A DNA stretch of 64,000 bases. Source: Lama guanicoe. Lineage: Eukaryota. The translations under genes were made by a program, and so were the position numbers. The notes beneath the pieces were generated by a model. That model was not told the origin of the DNA. It did no database searches and saw only the letters and a program-made list of their open reading frames with translations. Position 1 is the first letter of the stretch. Each line of letters starts with the position of its first letter. Positions 1 to 13,442 of this stretch are shown here, piece by piece. Location of the stretch: positions 19,424,819-19,488,818 of the forward strand of contig MU054323.1 in assembly GCA_013239625.1 (NCBI GenBank). The letters run 5' to 3'.

Positions 1-339
1 CTCAGTAACTTCTAGACCCTCCCCAAACAAAATCATAAGAACTCTGCAAGTCCTACTTCTCTTTGTTCAATCTTATTTACATTATTCTAAATCATATTAT
101 TTACACAGATTATTGAATAAGTGCAAAAGAATACTTGTAGGCAGGATACACAGGAATACTCAGGCTGCTACCTGCCCCTAGCTTAAAAAATAAAACATGG
201 CCAGTCATTTGATGTTCCTGCATGCTTTCATGTGATCTCCCAGTTGCTGTGAGCCCTGCAGCCTTGCTCCCAAGAATTTTGAGTTTATTAATCCCATACT
301 TTGTGGTTTTATCACATATGGTTGTAGCATGACAATGTA

Positions 340-698
340 GTATTTAGTTTGCATTATTTGAACTTTATACAAATGGTGTAGTAATTCTGCAAATTGTCTG
401 TTTACTTTAAAATTATTATTCATACAGGTTGACTCATATAGCTGAAATTCATTATCAGTTCTGCATTTTGTTTTACTATGTGAATACAGCAACTGCCCAT
501 TCAGTTGAACAATTGAATTGCTTAAAATGTTTGCAGTTACAAACATTGCAGATACAAACATTCTTGGTTCACATGTGCAAGAGTTTCTCTCAGGCACATG
601 CCTAGAAGTGAAAGCTCTGGGTCATGAGGTTAGCACAGGTCTTTAAATTTACAAGATCACATCAGTGGTTTTCCAAAGAGGGCTTATCAACGTATTCA
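340..698 (-). mobile_element. Old L1 (L1ME-like) ORF2 C-terminus/3'UTR fragment
   Basis: Antisense L1 motifs such as 'gcctagaagtgaaagctctgggtcat...ggttttccaaagagggc' match the recalled L1M ORF2-end consensus; heavily diverged. Confidence 0.7.
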
Positions 699-2720
699 GT
701 CTGTCAATTATTGAAAGATATGTGTTAAAATATTCCACAGTGATAGTGGATTTGACAGATTCTACTTGTAGTTTTGTCATGTATGTTTGTGTCTTTAAGT
801 TCATAGAAGTTTTGAACTATTACAACTTGCTAGTGACTTGACACTTTATTATGTAGTAATTTTTTATGTCTCTGTAGTACATTATTTGAACATTATATCT
901 TAAAGTTTACTTGGTACAGTATTAATATAGCTTCTTTGTCACTCTTTTTGTTAGCATTAGCCTCCTGTATGATTTTGTCAACCTTTTACTTCCAACATTT
1001 CATGCCCTTATGTTTTGGGTGTATATCTTGTAAAAAAAATCCTGTATCTTGACTTTTTATATAATCTGAAATAGTTGCTTTTTAACTGAAAATTTTAATC
1101 AATGTACAATTATTATTATTTCTTCCTCTCCAATTCTATTCCTTTAATTTATTTTAAAAATATTTTAGTATGCTATTTATTTCTGCCTTCTCTCCTTTTT
1201 TTCTCCTTTCTCAGTTTTGCCAAATGTTTTTCTTGTTTTTAATTCAGTTCCTTGCTTATTATCTCTACTGTGTCTTTGTTTTCTAGTTCATTAATTTTTT
1301 TGCTGTTGTCTCCATTATTTCCTCTTTAGATTGTTTTCATCCTTTTAATATCTTAAGTCATATCCTTAGCTCATTAATTTTCAACACTTATTTTTCTCTA
1401 ATATAAATATTTAAAGCTAAAATTTTTCTCAAAATATTACTTGTATTGCCTTCCATGTTTTATAGGAAGCATTTTTATTTTCTTTCAGTTCTTACTATTT
1501 ATCCTTAATATCCATTATGATCATTATGATTTTCCTTGATTTTTGAGTAATTTAGAAATTTATTTTAACTCACAGATATTAAGAAAATTTTTATTTAGCC
1601 TTTTATTTTTCAGCTCTGACTTAATTACATTGTGGTCCGAGATTTTGGGCAGAACAATAACTTTGAAATTTGATGGAAACTTGCTCCATTACCTTATTAT
1701 AATTATAATCAATTTTTATAAGTGCTCCATCTATAAAAGTTTGAGAAGCATGTGTATTTTCTAATGTTGGATACAGAATTCTGTAGAAGTCCATTAAATT
1801 AACTTTGCACTTGTCTGTTCTAATCTTATAAAAAGTTTGCTTATTTTATGTCTGTTTTCCTTCAATAATGCACAGAGGTATGGAATTCCTCACTATGATG
1901 GTGGGGAGTTTGTCAGTTCACATATATTTTGAGGCTACTTAATTAGTTGCACACTTATTTAGAATTGTCATATTTTCCTAATGAAACCAAACTTTTCTCA
2001 TTGCATTGTGACTTTCTGTATACATTATACTTTTTTTCTTTAAAATCTCTTTTTTTTTCCTCTGGTACTATTACAGCCACATCAGATTCCTTCATTAGTA
2101 ATTGCCTGATAAAGCTTTCTCCACCCTTTTGCTTTCAATCTTTATGTGTCTGTATGCTTTAGATGTGTCTTTTATAAGTAACAGTTATCTGAATGATTTA
2201 TTGATTTGCAATCTCTGTCATTCAACTGGTGAGTTAAGTCCATTTACACTTATTATAATTATTGATATATTTGAACTTCTTCCTATGATATTTTTTATTT
2301 TTTATTTGTCTCACTTGTCCCCTTACCTTTTTCCTGTCTTCTTGACTTTTTATTGAGCTTTTGGTGTCTTTTTTTCTTTAATGTAATTTTTTCTCACATA
2401 TTGACTTGGAATTGATATACTCTTTCTATTGATTACCCTTGGCATTTTAACATGCTTGCTTAACTTAACAAAGTCTAGCATTAAAATACAATTGAACAAT
2501 AAAAGGACTTTAAAACACATTAGTATTGATCACCTCCTTTCCCAATTAACATACTATTAGACACTATTGTCATCATTTTATTGAATGTTTGTTTGAATTG
2601 TTCAACATTTTTTTCTTTTATTTCTGTGATCATTTTTTGCTTTTTCTTGAAAATAGTCTTTAGATTTTAGAGGTTTTATGAGAACAGATTTTCTGGCAAC
2701 AGGCAATTTTTGAATCTTCA
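699..2720 (-). mobile_element. Old L1M ORF2 (endonuclease region) fragments, at least two pieces
   Basis: T-rich antisense L1; endonuclease-region antisense motifs appear at ~700-780 ('ctgtcaattattgaaaga...gatagtggatttg') and again at ~1740-1920. Confidence 0.7.
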
Positions 2721-3299
2721 AATCTTTTTAAGAATATAGTTTACATCATTTTCAGCAGAAGTATTATTCACGGTAGCTAGTCCTTAATCCCTGCCAGAAA
2801 TAGAAAAGCAAGTCACAAAAATCTTTAAATATTTGTAAAATAGAACCTAAAGAAAGAAATTGAAAAAAATAGACTTTTTATAGTAATAATTGTCATCTTT
2901 CATGTAAAAAGATGATATGCCATTAGTAGAATTTGTGTTTTGAGTTAGAATGATTTGCACAGATCTAGCCGTATTACATGCCCCGTTTCTCAGGTGGGTT
3001 CTGGCACACATTCCTGAGTTGGCAGAGGAAAATCATACCCATGGCCTTGAAACAGAGCCCTAGTAATTGGTCCCATATGGTCACTGAAGCCATGGCCTTG
3101 ACTTCTTCAGCAGCACATACTGACCCACTGTGCCAATCAACTTAAGTTGACCACTCTGATGAGTTATTCCCCCTGAGGGAAATGGTTGATTTTTATCTTT
3201 AACTTCAACTATAGTAATGATGTGCACACAGAAGTATAGCTGATAAATGTAGTTAGAACTCAAGCAGAAAAATACCATTTCTTTCACCATAATTGAAAA

Positions 3300-3963
3300 A
3301 GACAAGGATCATCATTAGAATCCAAAACCATTAAGTGAAAGGTTTGCGGGTAACAAGATATTCACACAGTCTCTCACATCATCCCACAGATTACATATTA
3401 AATGCCAGACTACTGATCAGGAGGAAACTTTCTTTGGATTCAGAACGCAGGACATTCTACGAGACAATAGGTTTACGTTCTTCAAAAAAAAAGATAATGT
3501 CATTAAAAACAAACAAGAAACAGGCCAGCAGAGTATTTTGGACTGAGAGACTAAAATGACATAACAACCAAATGTAATACAAGAACTTTGATGATCGCAT
3601 TTTGAATTTTTAAAAGTACCTTTAAAAGACATTTCCCCAGTTGAACATGAATAGCACACAAGGTAATGTTACTGAATGTTAGTTTTAGGTGTGAGACTGG
3701 CATTGTAGTTATGTAGGAGAACATTCTTATTCTTAGGATTTACAAGCAGATGTGGTTAAGGGTGAAGCGCAGTGATGGTTGCAACTTAGAATGAGATACA
3801 GACAGAGATGAATAGATAGACTAGATAGACAGATACATACATATATACACACACACATACATACATACATGGATGGGATGGAAGGGCCCAATGTGGTAAA
3901 TGTTTACAATTTAATGAAGGATATGTATCCAATTTCTTTAGTCTTAAAATTTTTCCAAAAAAA
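3300..3963 (+). mobile_element. L1MC4-like 3' end containing a (TAGA)/(CA) microsatellite at ~3796-3870
   Basis: 'gactaaaatgacataacaaccaaatg', 'gtagttatgtaggagaacattcttattcttagg' and an A-rich end resemble the L1MC4 3'UTR. Confidence 0.7.
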
Positions 3964-5864
3964 GCTGGGGGATATAATGCAGATGACTCGTTCTCTTCCT
4001 TTACTTCACTATATAAGAAATCTAATCCTGAAATGTAACTTAAGATATTTAAGTGGAATACATTTCATAGTGAAGGCTGATAAACACTGAAACAAATGTC
4101 TGAACAAGTTGTGGCATCTCCTCATGGGAGATCTTAAAACTTAGTGTGTGTTTGCCTAGGATGACTTGATGATATTATAATCATTCAAGCTAAATGCCTG
4201 GCTGAAAGCTAATACCTCAGTATCCTCTCTGGCTTAGGAAATTTCTGATCATTAACTTACTTCAAGGACAATAATATTCTTATAACTAGCTGAGAATTCC
4301 AAAGAACAATACAGCAAAATAATCTGTTATTGAGGGCCTGTGAAATTATATTCAGACTTCAAAATATGGGTCAGCACACTAATGCAACAGATTTCCGGTA
4401 GTTAAATTGTGTTAATATTCAATACTCATCTGGGTAGTTTAAGATAGAAGCCAATTGTATTACCAATGGATTAGAGAAATAAAATTTCCCCCAAATCTAA
4501 AATCAATTTCTGGCCAATCTGGATTGTTTAACCATTTTAAGCTAAAGATATTGTTAGTTAAGAAAGCATATTCTAGTATATACTTTATGCCTTTTTGAAA
4601 AAATCTGAGAATTTTAGGGCTGATTAATTTACAAGATTAATTTTTACCCTGAATACTGGCAATATGTTAGGGGTCATAAAAGTATCAGGGCAAGTAAATA
4701 CTTTACAAACATACAATACTGTGAAAGAATGAGGTGATTACAAGGGAAATTATGAAACGTAATGCAAATTAAAATGTATTGATTTCTAATTTTGTAAATT
4801 CATTCTCATTTGCATTAAAAATAAACATAAAATAAGTCATTCCTATAGCCACCAAAAGAAAAGCTATAGTGATTAAAATGTTGATGCTTTAAACAAAATC
4901 TACCAAAAATGTACCATTAGGGAACACAATGTAAAAATATAAAACTTTAAACAAGTAATCTTGCCTAAGTATTGAATTATTTACATAACAAAGTAACATT
5001 CCAAAAGAACATTTTATCCTGCAAATGCCTGAATCACCTAGGGAACTTTTGATTTTGTTTTGAAAGATTTACAGGGTTGAAGATTTGTCTTGTTAATTAA
5101 CACTTTTATCACCAAGAGCTTTTTCCTTATGTTTATACAGTTAGCCCTCGCTGTATTTAATACCATTTTTCTTGTTAGAACTGAGCAGGTCAAAGTATGT
5201 ACTGATGTAGTACAGCCATACCAATAAACTCCAAGTTATTTCAACTTGCTCTAAATGGACTCACCTCGAATTCTGTGTTATTTCTTCTCTACGTCTGTCT
5301 TGCAGGGGAATGACTGGGAGAGCTGGAAAGAACCTTTAGATTATACAGTTCTGTGGTTTTCAATATGGACCCTGAGAAGCCTTCATGATTTTCACAGACA
5401 TATCTTCTCTGTCTCCCAACCAGCAACTCAGAAGGCTTCCCAGAAGTCTAACATTTATAAAAACTTGAGGTCTACATTTGAGGCTCATGTACTTAGTTAT
5501 TCCTTTTTTATGTAGTTCTTAATCTTTTCAATATTTTTTTTCCTTTCTGGGCCATTAATGCTCTAGTTTCTGAAAAAGCCATCAAATTTATAGACTATAA
5601 AATTGGACATATGGGTAGTATCCCCAAATTTATAGTTTTCAAGTGAAGTGCCAACCAAAAAAGTAATTACAGTAAAATTTATTTGTAATTTATGTTCCAG
5701 ATGCTGGAGGATGTTGGAGATGTTATTTAGAATGCCTTGGGTGAAAAGAACAATATGAAAAAGAAAGAGGATCAAAAAGAAGAAAATACAGCTATGTTGT
5801 TCATAAGAAAAAAGATTTCATAAGTGTAATAATTCATTTTTAAAACATAAAAAGTCCTAATTGT

Positions 5865-6145
5865 TTTTATTTTACTTTAATTAATTCTGAACAAATAATA
5901 TAGTCACAAAGTCCAAAAATCAAAAAAATATGAAAATGTCCACAGTGACAGCTGCTCTCTCAGCCTGGCCCTCTGTCTACCAGTCCCTTCCAACAGGGTA
6001 ACTGTCATTATGGTGTCTGTGTGTCCTTCCAAAAAAAATTTATATACACAAAAACCAAATACTAATATGTATTTATCCCCCTCCATTTTGCACACATGTA
6101 AATATACATGCTGCTTATAAACTTTTTTTTTGCTTAATATACCTT
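5865..6145 (-). mobile_element. Old L1M (L1ME/MC) 3' end
   Basis: 'caaaaaaatatgaaaatgtccacagtga...gggtaactgtcatta...ttgcttaatatacc' is typical of an antisense L1ME 3' end. Confidence 0.55.
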
Positions 6146-7009
6146 AAAACATTTATTGAACTTGTCACCTGGTATGTGGCTGACACCCTTACAGGAAGCT
6201 AAAAATGAACTACACAAATATTCTACTTGTAATTTTTAATCACAGTATTCTTTTAGAAATTGCCAGAAACTAAGTCATCACGGATGGGCCACATTTCTCC
6301 ATATGGACAACACTGTAAAGGAGGGAGGGATTGTATCCCTGACCCAGGACCAACATCAAATAAATTATAGTTATGACCAAAATATATTATTAAGTCAAAG
6401 CTAGAAAAAGGAACATTTAAATTAGTGTTAAGTAGTTTAAATTTCCCCCAAAGTATAAATTATACACATATAAGTACAAATTTCCAAATGATTATATAAG
6501 CCCCAGTGCATGCAAACAGCTATATATAAACTTTTACCATAAATTTTATCTGTCTAAAAATATGCTCATGACAGACACATTTGATATTTTTCTTGTCTTC
6601 TTAGAATTTTTAAGGGTGGTATGCTTTGGAGGGGTATGATTTTAACGCCCAAATTCTCCTTTGCACAAAGTCACACGCTTTTTTTCTTCCCTTGGTAAAT
6701 GTCTTGTACCATGCAGAGCTATTCAAAATCATTTCACTGATTCTATTCTATTCAAAAATAATCATGGAAACACATACATATTTGAATTCTTTTCAGTCAG
6801 GTCTTTAAAGAGTTTATAGAACAAGAGTCTTAAGAAAATTTCCTTTTGATGTCCCTCCAACTCCCTTTCCTCTCTTCTTACCCAGCAGCTTGCAGACCCT
6901 ACTCTACAAAAGTGTCAGTCCTTCACACAGCTCTGGCTCTCCCAGCTCTTTTCCTAGGACCAGCTCTCCCACAAGTTAACAGGCTCCAAAACAGCCAGCA
7001 TATTCCCAA

Positions 7010-7076
7010 CAGCCAATTATAACGCCCCTTCCCCTGTAAAAGCTCCCGATCTGGGAGTGATGACTACTGATTGGAG
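7010..7076. promoter_or_regulatory. Candidate promoter-like cluster: two CCAAT boxes and a GC-box-like element
   Basis: GCCAAT at 7012-7017, ACGCCCC at 7022-7028 and CTGATTGG (reverse CCAATCAG) at 7067-7074, in sequence I do not recognise as repeat. Motif match only. Confidence 0.25.
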
Positions 7077-7783
7077 AACTCAGAGTTGCCAAGAATGTAG
7101 ATGGTGGAGCAAGTGGTTGAGTCAAAAGGAAGAATGTCAATAGGATGTATACTTGTGTTACTTCTACAATGATATGCCACCAGTGATTGTGAAACACATC
7201 AGTGAATTTGGTTGTAAGTTGAATTCCCAACATAAAAGTTGAATGGGTGCTGATGACTGTAATAGTGGCAGTAAACTTGAGTTCCTGGCACTTTATCCAC
7301 ATTGGGACAGTGGAACAAAGGTCGTCTCTTCACTGTGCCAGTTCCACAGATAAGCGTTGGGTGTTGTTCTAACATACATAGCCTTGAGTCTGATTCTCTC
7401 TAATACTGTTCTATACATCTGTGGTTCTGGTACAGTATCCAGGATAAATTCTGTGGTTTGCAACTAAAACCTCTGGCTAATAAACTTTATTTCGCAGGAT
7501 TATAAAAGTCAAACGAGATACTATAAATCACTAATTAACGTAGGTTGGTATTATGATAAACTTTTAAATTTGCGTTTGAAAGAAAGGATAATATTTAGTT
7601 GTAAGAAGCACGGCTGACTCTATAACGCATTTCACTTCTATCGGATAGCTTCTTTCAACAGCACCTTATATGTAATTTGTGGGCATTTAAGAATAGTGAA
7701 CAGTAGCTAAGTGTATATTACATTATTGAATTTACTATGAAGATTCTGACCTAAGAAATATTTAAAACCCTCTGCTAATACAC

Positions 7784-7831
7784 ATTTCTAATCAAAGTAT
7801 TTTTCATCCAAATTTCTAATCAAAGTATTTT
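7784..7831. repeat. Short direct duplication (20 bp identical, period 28)
   Basis: ATTTCTAATCAAAGTATTTT at 7784-7803 and 7812-7831. Confidence 0.9.
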
Positions 7832-7861
7832 CCTTTTTATCCATCTGAGTCTCCGAGACAC

Positions 7862-7965
7862 AAGACTGTGAGGACCTTAAGGGCAGATGCCATGTGTCAT
7901 TCATTATTATACCAGCACTGGGCCTGACATATAGTAGTTATTCAATAAATGTTCATTCAAATAAA
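7862..7965 (+). mobile_element. L2 3' end
   Basis: 'agactgtgaggaccttaagggcag...cctgacatatagtagttattcaataaatgttc' matches the L2 terminus. Confidence 0.75.
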
Positions 7966-9062
7966 CTAAATTATAACCAGGAGGCCAGTAACCTGAACAT
8001 TGTATCAATTTCATTCACTTCTACTTGAGGCAGTCCATGTGTGTGTGAAAAAGCTTGTACTGGTCAGTTAGTGTTTCACTTTCCCTGTAGATATTTTAAA
8101 AATTCCAAATCAGTGAGTAACCACTCTAATTCTATACTATATAAAAACCATGGATACAATGGCTATATTATTATTATACTGAAAAAACAAAAACCATTTT
8201 AATCTAAGCAATACCTAAACATCTCTCTCTCCCTTAGGGCTAATTAAGAGGTAATTATACATGTGTAAAACGTGCAGCAACTAAAGAACAAAGTCTTTAT
8301 GTGTGGACCATTATTGTTTGCATCTACCTGCGCATACCATCAACAAGGCAGAGATATCCTTGCAATCATTCCTGAGAAATCAAGTTTTTTCCTCTAGGTT
8401 GTTGCAGGATGATTCAAGTGACAAGGTTAACCATCTAGAAGGAGAGACTGGAATTCTGACTTACCTGGGAAATGACTGTCCCTTCCATAATAATTCTTGT
8501 TCCAAAGGCCCTTCTGTGCAAATTTTACAGAAGTGCATTTGGGTAAAATTTCTAACTAGATGCTCCTTGCTGATCTCAACTGTGAAACCACCCAGTCACC
8601 CAGTTTGGAGATATCATGATTCGCTCCTTCCTGATACCCTCATTTAGTCATAGAAACCGATCTAAAAGTAATGGGCCATCCTACATAGATTTTGGTTAAA
8701 TAATTTATTTTAAAGATTATTTGATCTGATCATGAAGAAGAAAGCTTAACTTTATCTCAAACTTTTACCATTAGGATTTTTTTTCCCAAGAGAATTACAT
8801 CTCTTAGCATGCATGTAGGATATGTGAACACTTGCTGTCCTTAACATCTCAAATAACAGGATTCTGGTGTTTACTTCCATCAGGCATCTAGCAGGATGCA
8901 GAATATTACTGACTAAACTCATCAAAGAATGGAATACTTTATATATAAGAACAGATTAAACATTTGGATTTTTCCCTTGGAAAAAGTCTAAAAGGAGGGG
9001 GTTTTCTTGAGATAAATGAAAGCATGTAAGGAACATAGGTCTCCAAGTAAGACACTGCTAAC

Positions 9063-9416
9063 TGCTACAGACTGAATATCTCCTCCCAAAATTCACATGT
9101 TGAAACCTTGTCTTCAATGTGATGGTATTTGGAGGTGGAGCCTTTGGGAGGCGGTTAGATCATGAAGGCAGAGCCCTCATGACTAGGATTGGTGTTCTTC
9201 AGGAAGAGACCCCAGAGCGTTCCCTCGCTCCTTCCCTCTGCCGTGTGGACACAGGGAGAAGTTGGTCATTTATGAAGTCAGGAATCCAGCCCTTATCAGA
9301 CATCAAATCTGCCAGGACCTTGAGGCTGAACTTCCAGGCTCCAAAACTGATAGAAATAGATTTTTATTGTTTATAAAGCTACCCGGTATTCTATTACAGC
9401 AGCCCAAACTAAGTTA
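9063..9416 (+). mobile_element. MaLR solo LTR, MLT1A0-like
   Basis: Near full-length match to the recalled MLT1A consensus ('tgcta..gactgaat...aatgtgatggtatttggaggtggagcctttgggagg...cagcagcccaaactaag'); 5-bp TSD CTAAC (9058-9062)/CTAAT (9417-9421). Confidence 0.9.
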
Positions 9417-9656
9417 CTAATCTAGTATCTTTGCCTTTTAAGCTCAAAATTTTTGGACAAATAAAGGGATGCATAACTTAATTCAACACAATTGAGAGAG
9501 AAACTAAAGGCTCGGGTGAGAAGTCCCTCCTTAATAGTCACCTCATGACCTATTCCACTAAAAACTGATTGGAGTTGGCAGGCTTCTTTTTAAGACCAGA
9601 ACCAGTCCCAGAGAAGGATCAAAACCATTCAACAAATTCCAGTACAGTGCAAACGA

Positions 9657-9775
9657 CTGTATTTCCTTTATTCTAAAATGCTAACTTTTTTTTCATATTT
9701 TGAACTTTTAAAATCAAGGTGCATTTATAATTTACATGTATTTTTAATAAGTAGTGTTTTGGTTTTTTTCTCTCC
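9657..9775. mobile_element. TcMar MITE fragment, MER104-like
   Basis: 'ctgtatttcctttattctaaaatgc...ttttttcatattttgaac...aaaatcaaggtgcatttataat' resembles the MER104 TIR and left part. Confidence 0.5.
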
Positions 9776-12549
9776 AACAACAATGCTTCAACTGCCTCCC
9801 CACCAGCTGAACCCAACTGAGCACCAAACTGTTTCTTCCCATTACTCAGAACTGAAGCATAGGTTTCCCTGGTGCATTTGACTTGTGAAGCCCAGTTGTA
9901 TCCTAGATACGAGGGAGACTGCTGGGAATTTTAGTTTTGACTTCTATCATAGCAAGAGTATCCTCGCAACTTGGGGATTTTCCCAAATATAGAAAGACTA
10001 AACAAAAGACGACGGGTCAACACAAACATGACAAATGTCCAATAAACAGCGACAGAGCAGGACTCACTGTACTCATTGTTCAGAGAGATTATGGGAAGTA
10101 ACTAAGATCGCCACCAGGATATGGCAGGCTTCCCAGGACATCCTTTGCCTGATTGAATGTCAAACATCTCAAATTAATACTTCTAAAGTAAATATCCACA
10201 CACGATAGCCAAATTGTAACACTTACATGCAAAACTGATTTCAGATCCAGTAACTATGCTCTAACCCAAAGACACAGTTATCAGTGTCTGAGGATGTCAT
10301 CACAATTACACATGACACCACTGCAACATCACACCCTCTACCGAAGCCGTGCAAGCAGGGGTCAAAGGAGTTGGATAAAGGAAGGATTTTAAACTGCAGT
10401 CCATTTGGATGTTTCTGATAGCCTGTGGCACATTTGATCATTGGAGACAATCAGAACCTCGGTATTCATGGGTCTGGGAATTTTATATGCTCTGCTTAAA
10501 ATGTGAATTGCAAATGGGCAGGAATCCCTTGTTCACACTATTCCAAGGGACAAGGGCTGTAATTCTTCCTTGGCAGAGAAGAAAAAAATTAAGCCTCTCT
10601 CAGCTGTCACTTACTCGACTTTCCATCCCTTTTTCCCCCTGCGTCCCAGTTTGCAGGTTTGTTTTTGCAGAACCATTTTCAAAACTGACAACAACAACAA
10701 CAGCAACAAAGCACGCCAATGACTGACAGGCCGAGAGAGGATTTCCACACTGCCGCAGGCTTTGCTGGTGCCCTGACACTTACAGGACAGGCACCTTTCG
10801 TGCATGAGCATTGCATCATAAGATCTCAGAGGTAGAGCAGTCCTCAGAACAATAGATCTCAGCTACATTCTGTCAGATAAGTAAGGCTGAGAAAATATAA
10901 AAGTAAATTTGGGGTCTCTTCTGTTCATCAAATGTGTCTACCCTTGTTCTCCAAATGACTTAAATGGCAAATGCATTTTTCATCCACACCAGAGCCCGGA
11001 ATATCAAATACAAATTATTTTTTTAATCTCTCTCTCTAGTAAATATTGCTAAAAACAGGAAAGGGTATTTTGGGGCATGCAGTAATTAAGGAAGTGCAGA
11101 GACTTTAAAGGGTTTTGATGCTGAGATTCTAAATGCAGATATCTGAGCATCTAAGTCAAATCCCCTTTAATACCATAATGAAGAGGCTTGGTCCATATTA
11201 TGCAGAATAGTTGTTCATCTCTACTGGCTGTGCCTCCCTGCAGTACAGTTATAATGAAACTAAACAGGAGTCTAGAAATAAGTGTTCAGATAACTCTCTC
11301 TGACTTTCAGTGCCAAATCCTCTGCAAAAGTTACTCCTTCTTATATCAGCATATAAAAGTATAAAGACTGTGGAGTGAGCAAGCACTAAAGATCTTTAAA
11401 AAGGAAGGGATATTCAATTATCTGTGATTTAGGTGACTAAAGGTCATTTAACAGGTTACTTAACTATTCGATCTTTCTCAATCTAATAGATTTTTTAAAA
11501 GACACAAAACTAACAGAATTCCAAATTGTTTCATATAAATTTTAAAAATAAACCGAGTTGCATCAAGGCATTATATGTGGCCTCTTTATTCTGACTCCAT
11601 GAAAAATAGTCCTAGATTAAACTGGAATATTAAAATTGCCACTGAAGAAGTTATCGTTCTTAGACATCACTCTGTATTTTATCTGGAAAACTCTATTTCC
11701 TTTGTGCCCTCCACTCCTGTCATTTTTCACTCTACCTTAGATTTCTATTTCATTAAAGACAGCCCACTCTGAAGAATAATGGTGATTTATTGAAAAATTT
11801 ATGAAATTCAAAAGTGAAGTAAAATAGTAGATGAGAATGGAAGTACAAGCCCTTTTCTACCTACAGGTCATTTGATTTATTTGATCTATTTTGTTTTCTG
11901 GTTTTTTTCCAATAGAAATGGTACTAGGCACCGGGGCACAGCCCATAGATGTCTTTAAAATCTGTGAGCAGAATTCATCTGCAACTCACGCAGCCTTTCC
12001 AGGAGTCCTAAAATTTAAGGTAACACAAACCAATCTTTTACTCTTACCACCTCCTTTAAATTCCCTGGCAAATGAGTGAATTGTAAATGTCTTGAGATTG
12101 GGCGAGCCTTTTTATCATCATTTTTTTTCTTTTGGTAAAAAGAAAAAATCCCATACTTCACGAAGAATTCAGGATGGGGACTTGGGCTGGAGAAAGAACA
12201 TAGATTATGTCCATTATCACTGGCTTATTAAAATGGAATAGCATTAAGAGTTAAGCCAATGAAGCAAAGAACTCCCAACCACCACTGATTTTCTTTTTTC
12301 CTATAGAGTTTCTAATGTTCCTACATTTCATTTTTGTGTCCCTATTTTACCTTTTGGTCATTAAAAATACTGAGCTAAATCCCACTGGTAAACCACAGTC
12401 TAGGCTTTGTGCCACTCAAATATTTAACAGAAAGAAAATGTCTTACTCATAATAGAAAAGAAAACAGTCTTTACCCTTACTATTCTATGGATATATTATT
12501 AGTAAGTTGTAAAGATTTTATAACCAATGAAGAACAAATCATTAGACGA

Positions 12550-12700
12550 AATTCAGAACATGAATAATAGAAGAACGTGCAACCAAGGAGTTAACCATGG
12601 TTATCTCCTGGTGGGGAGAATACGTATTTTTACTTTTTGTTAGTAGCAATTTCTAATTTTCCAGCAAAAGGCATACATTGCTTATGTCCAAAGAATAACC
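12550..12700 (+). mobile_element. L1ME-like 3' tail fragment
   Basis: 'gttaaccatggttatctcctggtgggg...ttttccagcaaaaggcatacattgcttatg'. Confidence 0.45.
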
Positions 12701-12857
12701 AGTAAAAGTCATGTTCAATTTTAAAAACACAGAGCCAGACCTTAGTCCACAACAAAACGGCAGAAGCCCCGATTCTTTTATTCAAGCTTATGGTACTGCA
12801 GGATGATCAGGATTTAGGAGAAATTTCACAAGTATCGAAAGCTCAGCTTTAAGTAAA

Positions 12858-13100
12858 TACAGTGCAGCGCTTAAGGGCACGGGTTTTGAGGTCAGATGGG
12901 CTTATTCGGAACCTGTGGTTCTGCCCTTTACTCTGCGTGTTTAGTTAAGTGTCCTAAGCTCTCTCAGTTTTGATCTCCTCCGCTGTAAAATGGAACTAAT
13001 GATACACCTATAAAGCTCAAGGTTGCCGTGAGGGTTGCAGGAGGAGACGTAGAACAAGGACTACAACATAACACAGGCTTAACAAACAATCCAAATGATG
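12858..13100 (+). mobile_element. MIR SINE
   Basis: tRNA-like head, core 'ctctcagttttgatctcctccgctgtaaaatgg' and 'ggttgccgtgagggtt'. Confidence 0.75.
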
Positions 13101-13129
13101 ATGTGATCGTAAAAGCAACCATAACCACA

Positions 13130-13315
13130 ACATCATCTAAAATGCATAGTCCACACCGTGTGTCAGGCCCTGTTTTATTGGAGTCCGTTCACAATGCACC
13201 TCCGGGGGTTGTAACAACTTTATATGAAGTAAGTCATGCTATTTTCCCTTTAGGCAACTGAGATGCAAAGAGGCCCAAGTATACCAAGCCCCAAGTTCAT
13301 GCCACCATGCTGCAC
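13130..13315 (-). mobile_element. MIR SINE
   Basis: 'gtgtcaggccctgtttta...aacaactttatatgaagtaag...ggcaactgagatgcaaagagg' is an antisense MIR core. Confidence 0.6.
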
Positions 13316-13442
13316 AGGATCTCTGAAGATGATCATTTTGGGCAGTGGATGATAATATGTATTTATTGATTTGTTCATGGAATCATTTTGGATGGTGTGT
13401 ATAGCAGTTTAGAAGCTCAGAAGTTTAGAAGTTTGTTGGTTC

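Noticed and set aside
6976..7302. 108-aa minus-strand ORF, and an overlapping possible terminal exon (7199-7368)
   Set aside because: No recognisable protein in either frame; the acceptor (TATGTATGTTAG) lacks a polypyrimidine tract.
9974..9983. NF-kB consensus match GGGATTTTCC
   Set aside because: An isolated degenerate 10-mer is expected by chance in 64 kb.
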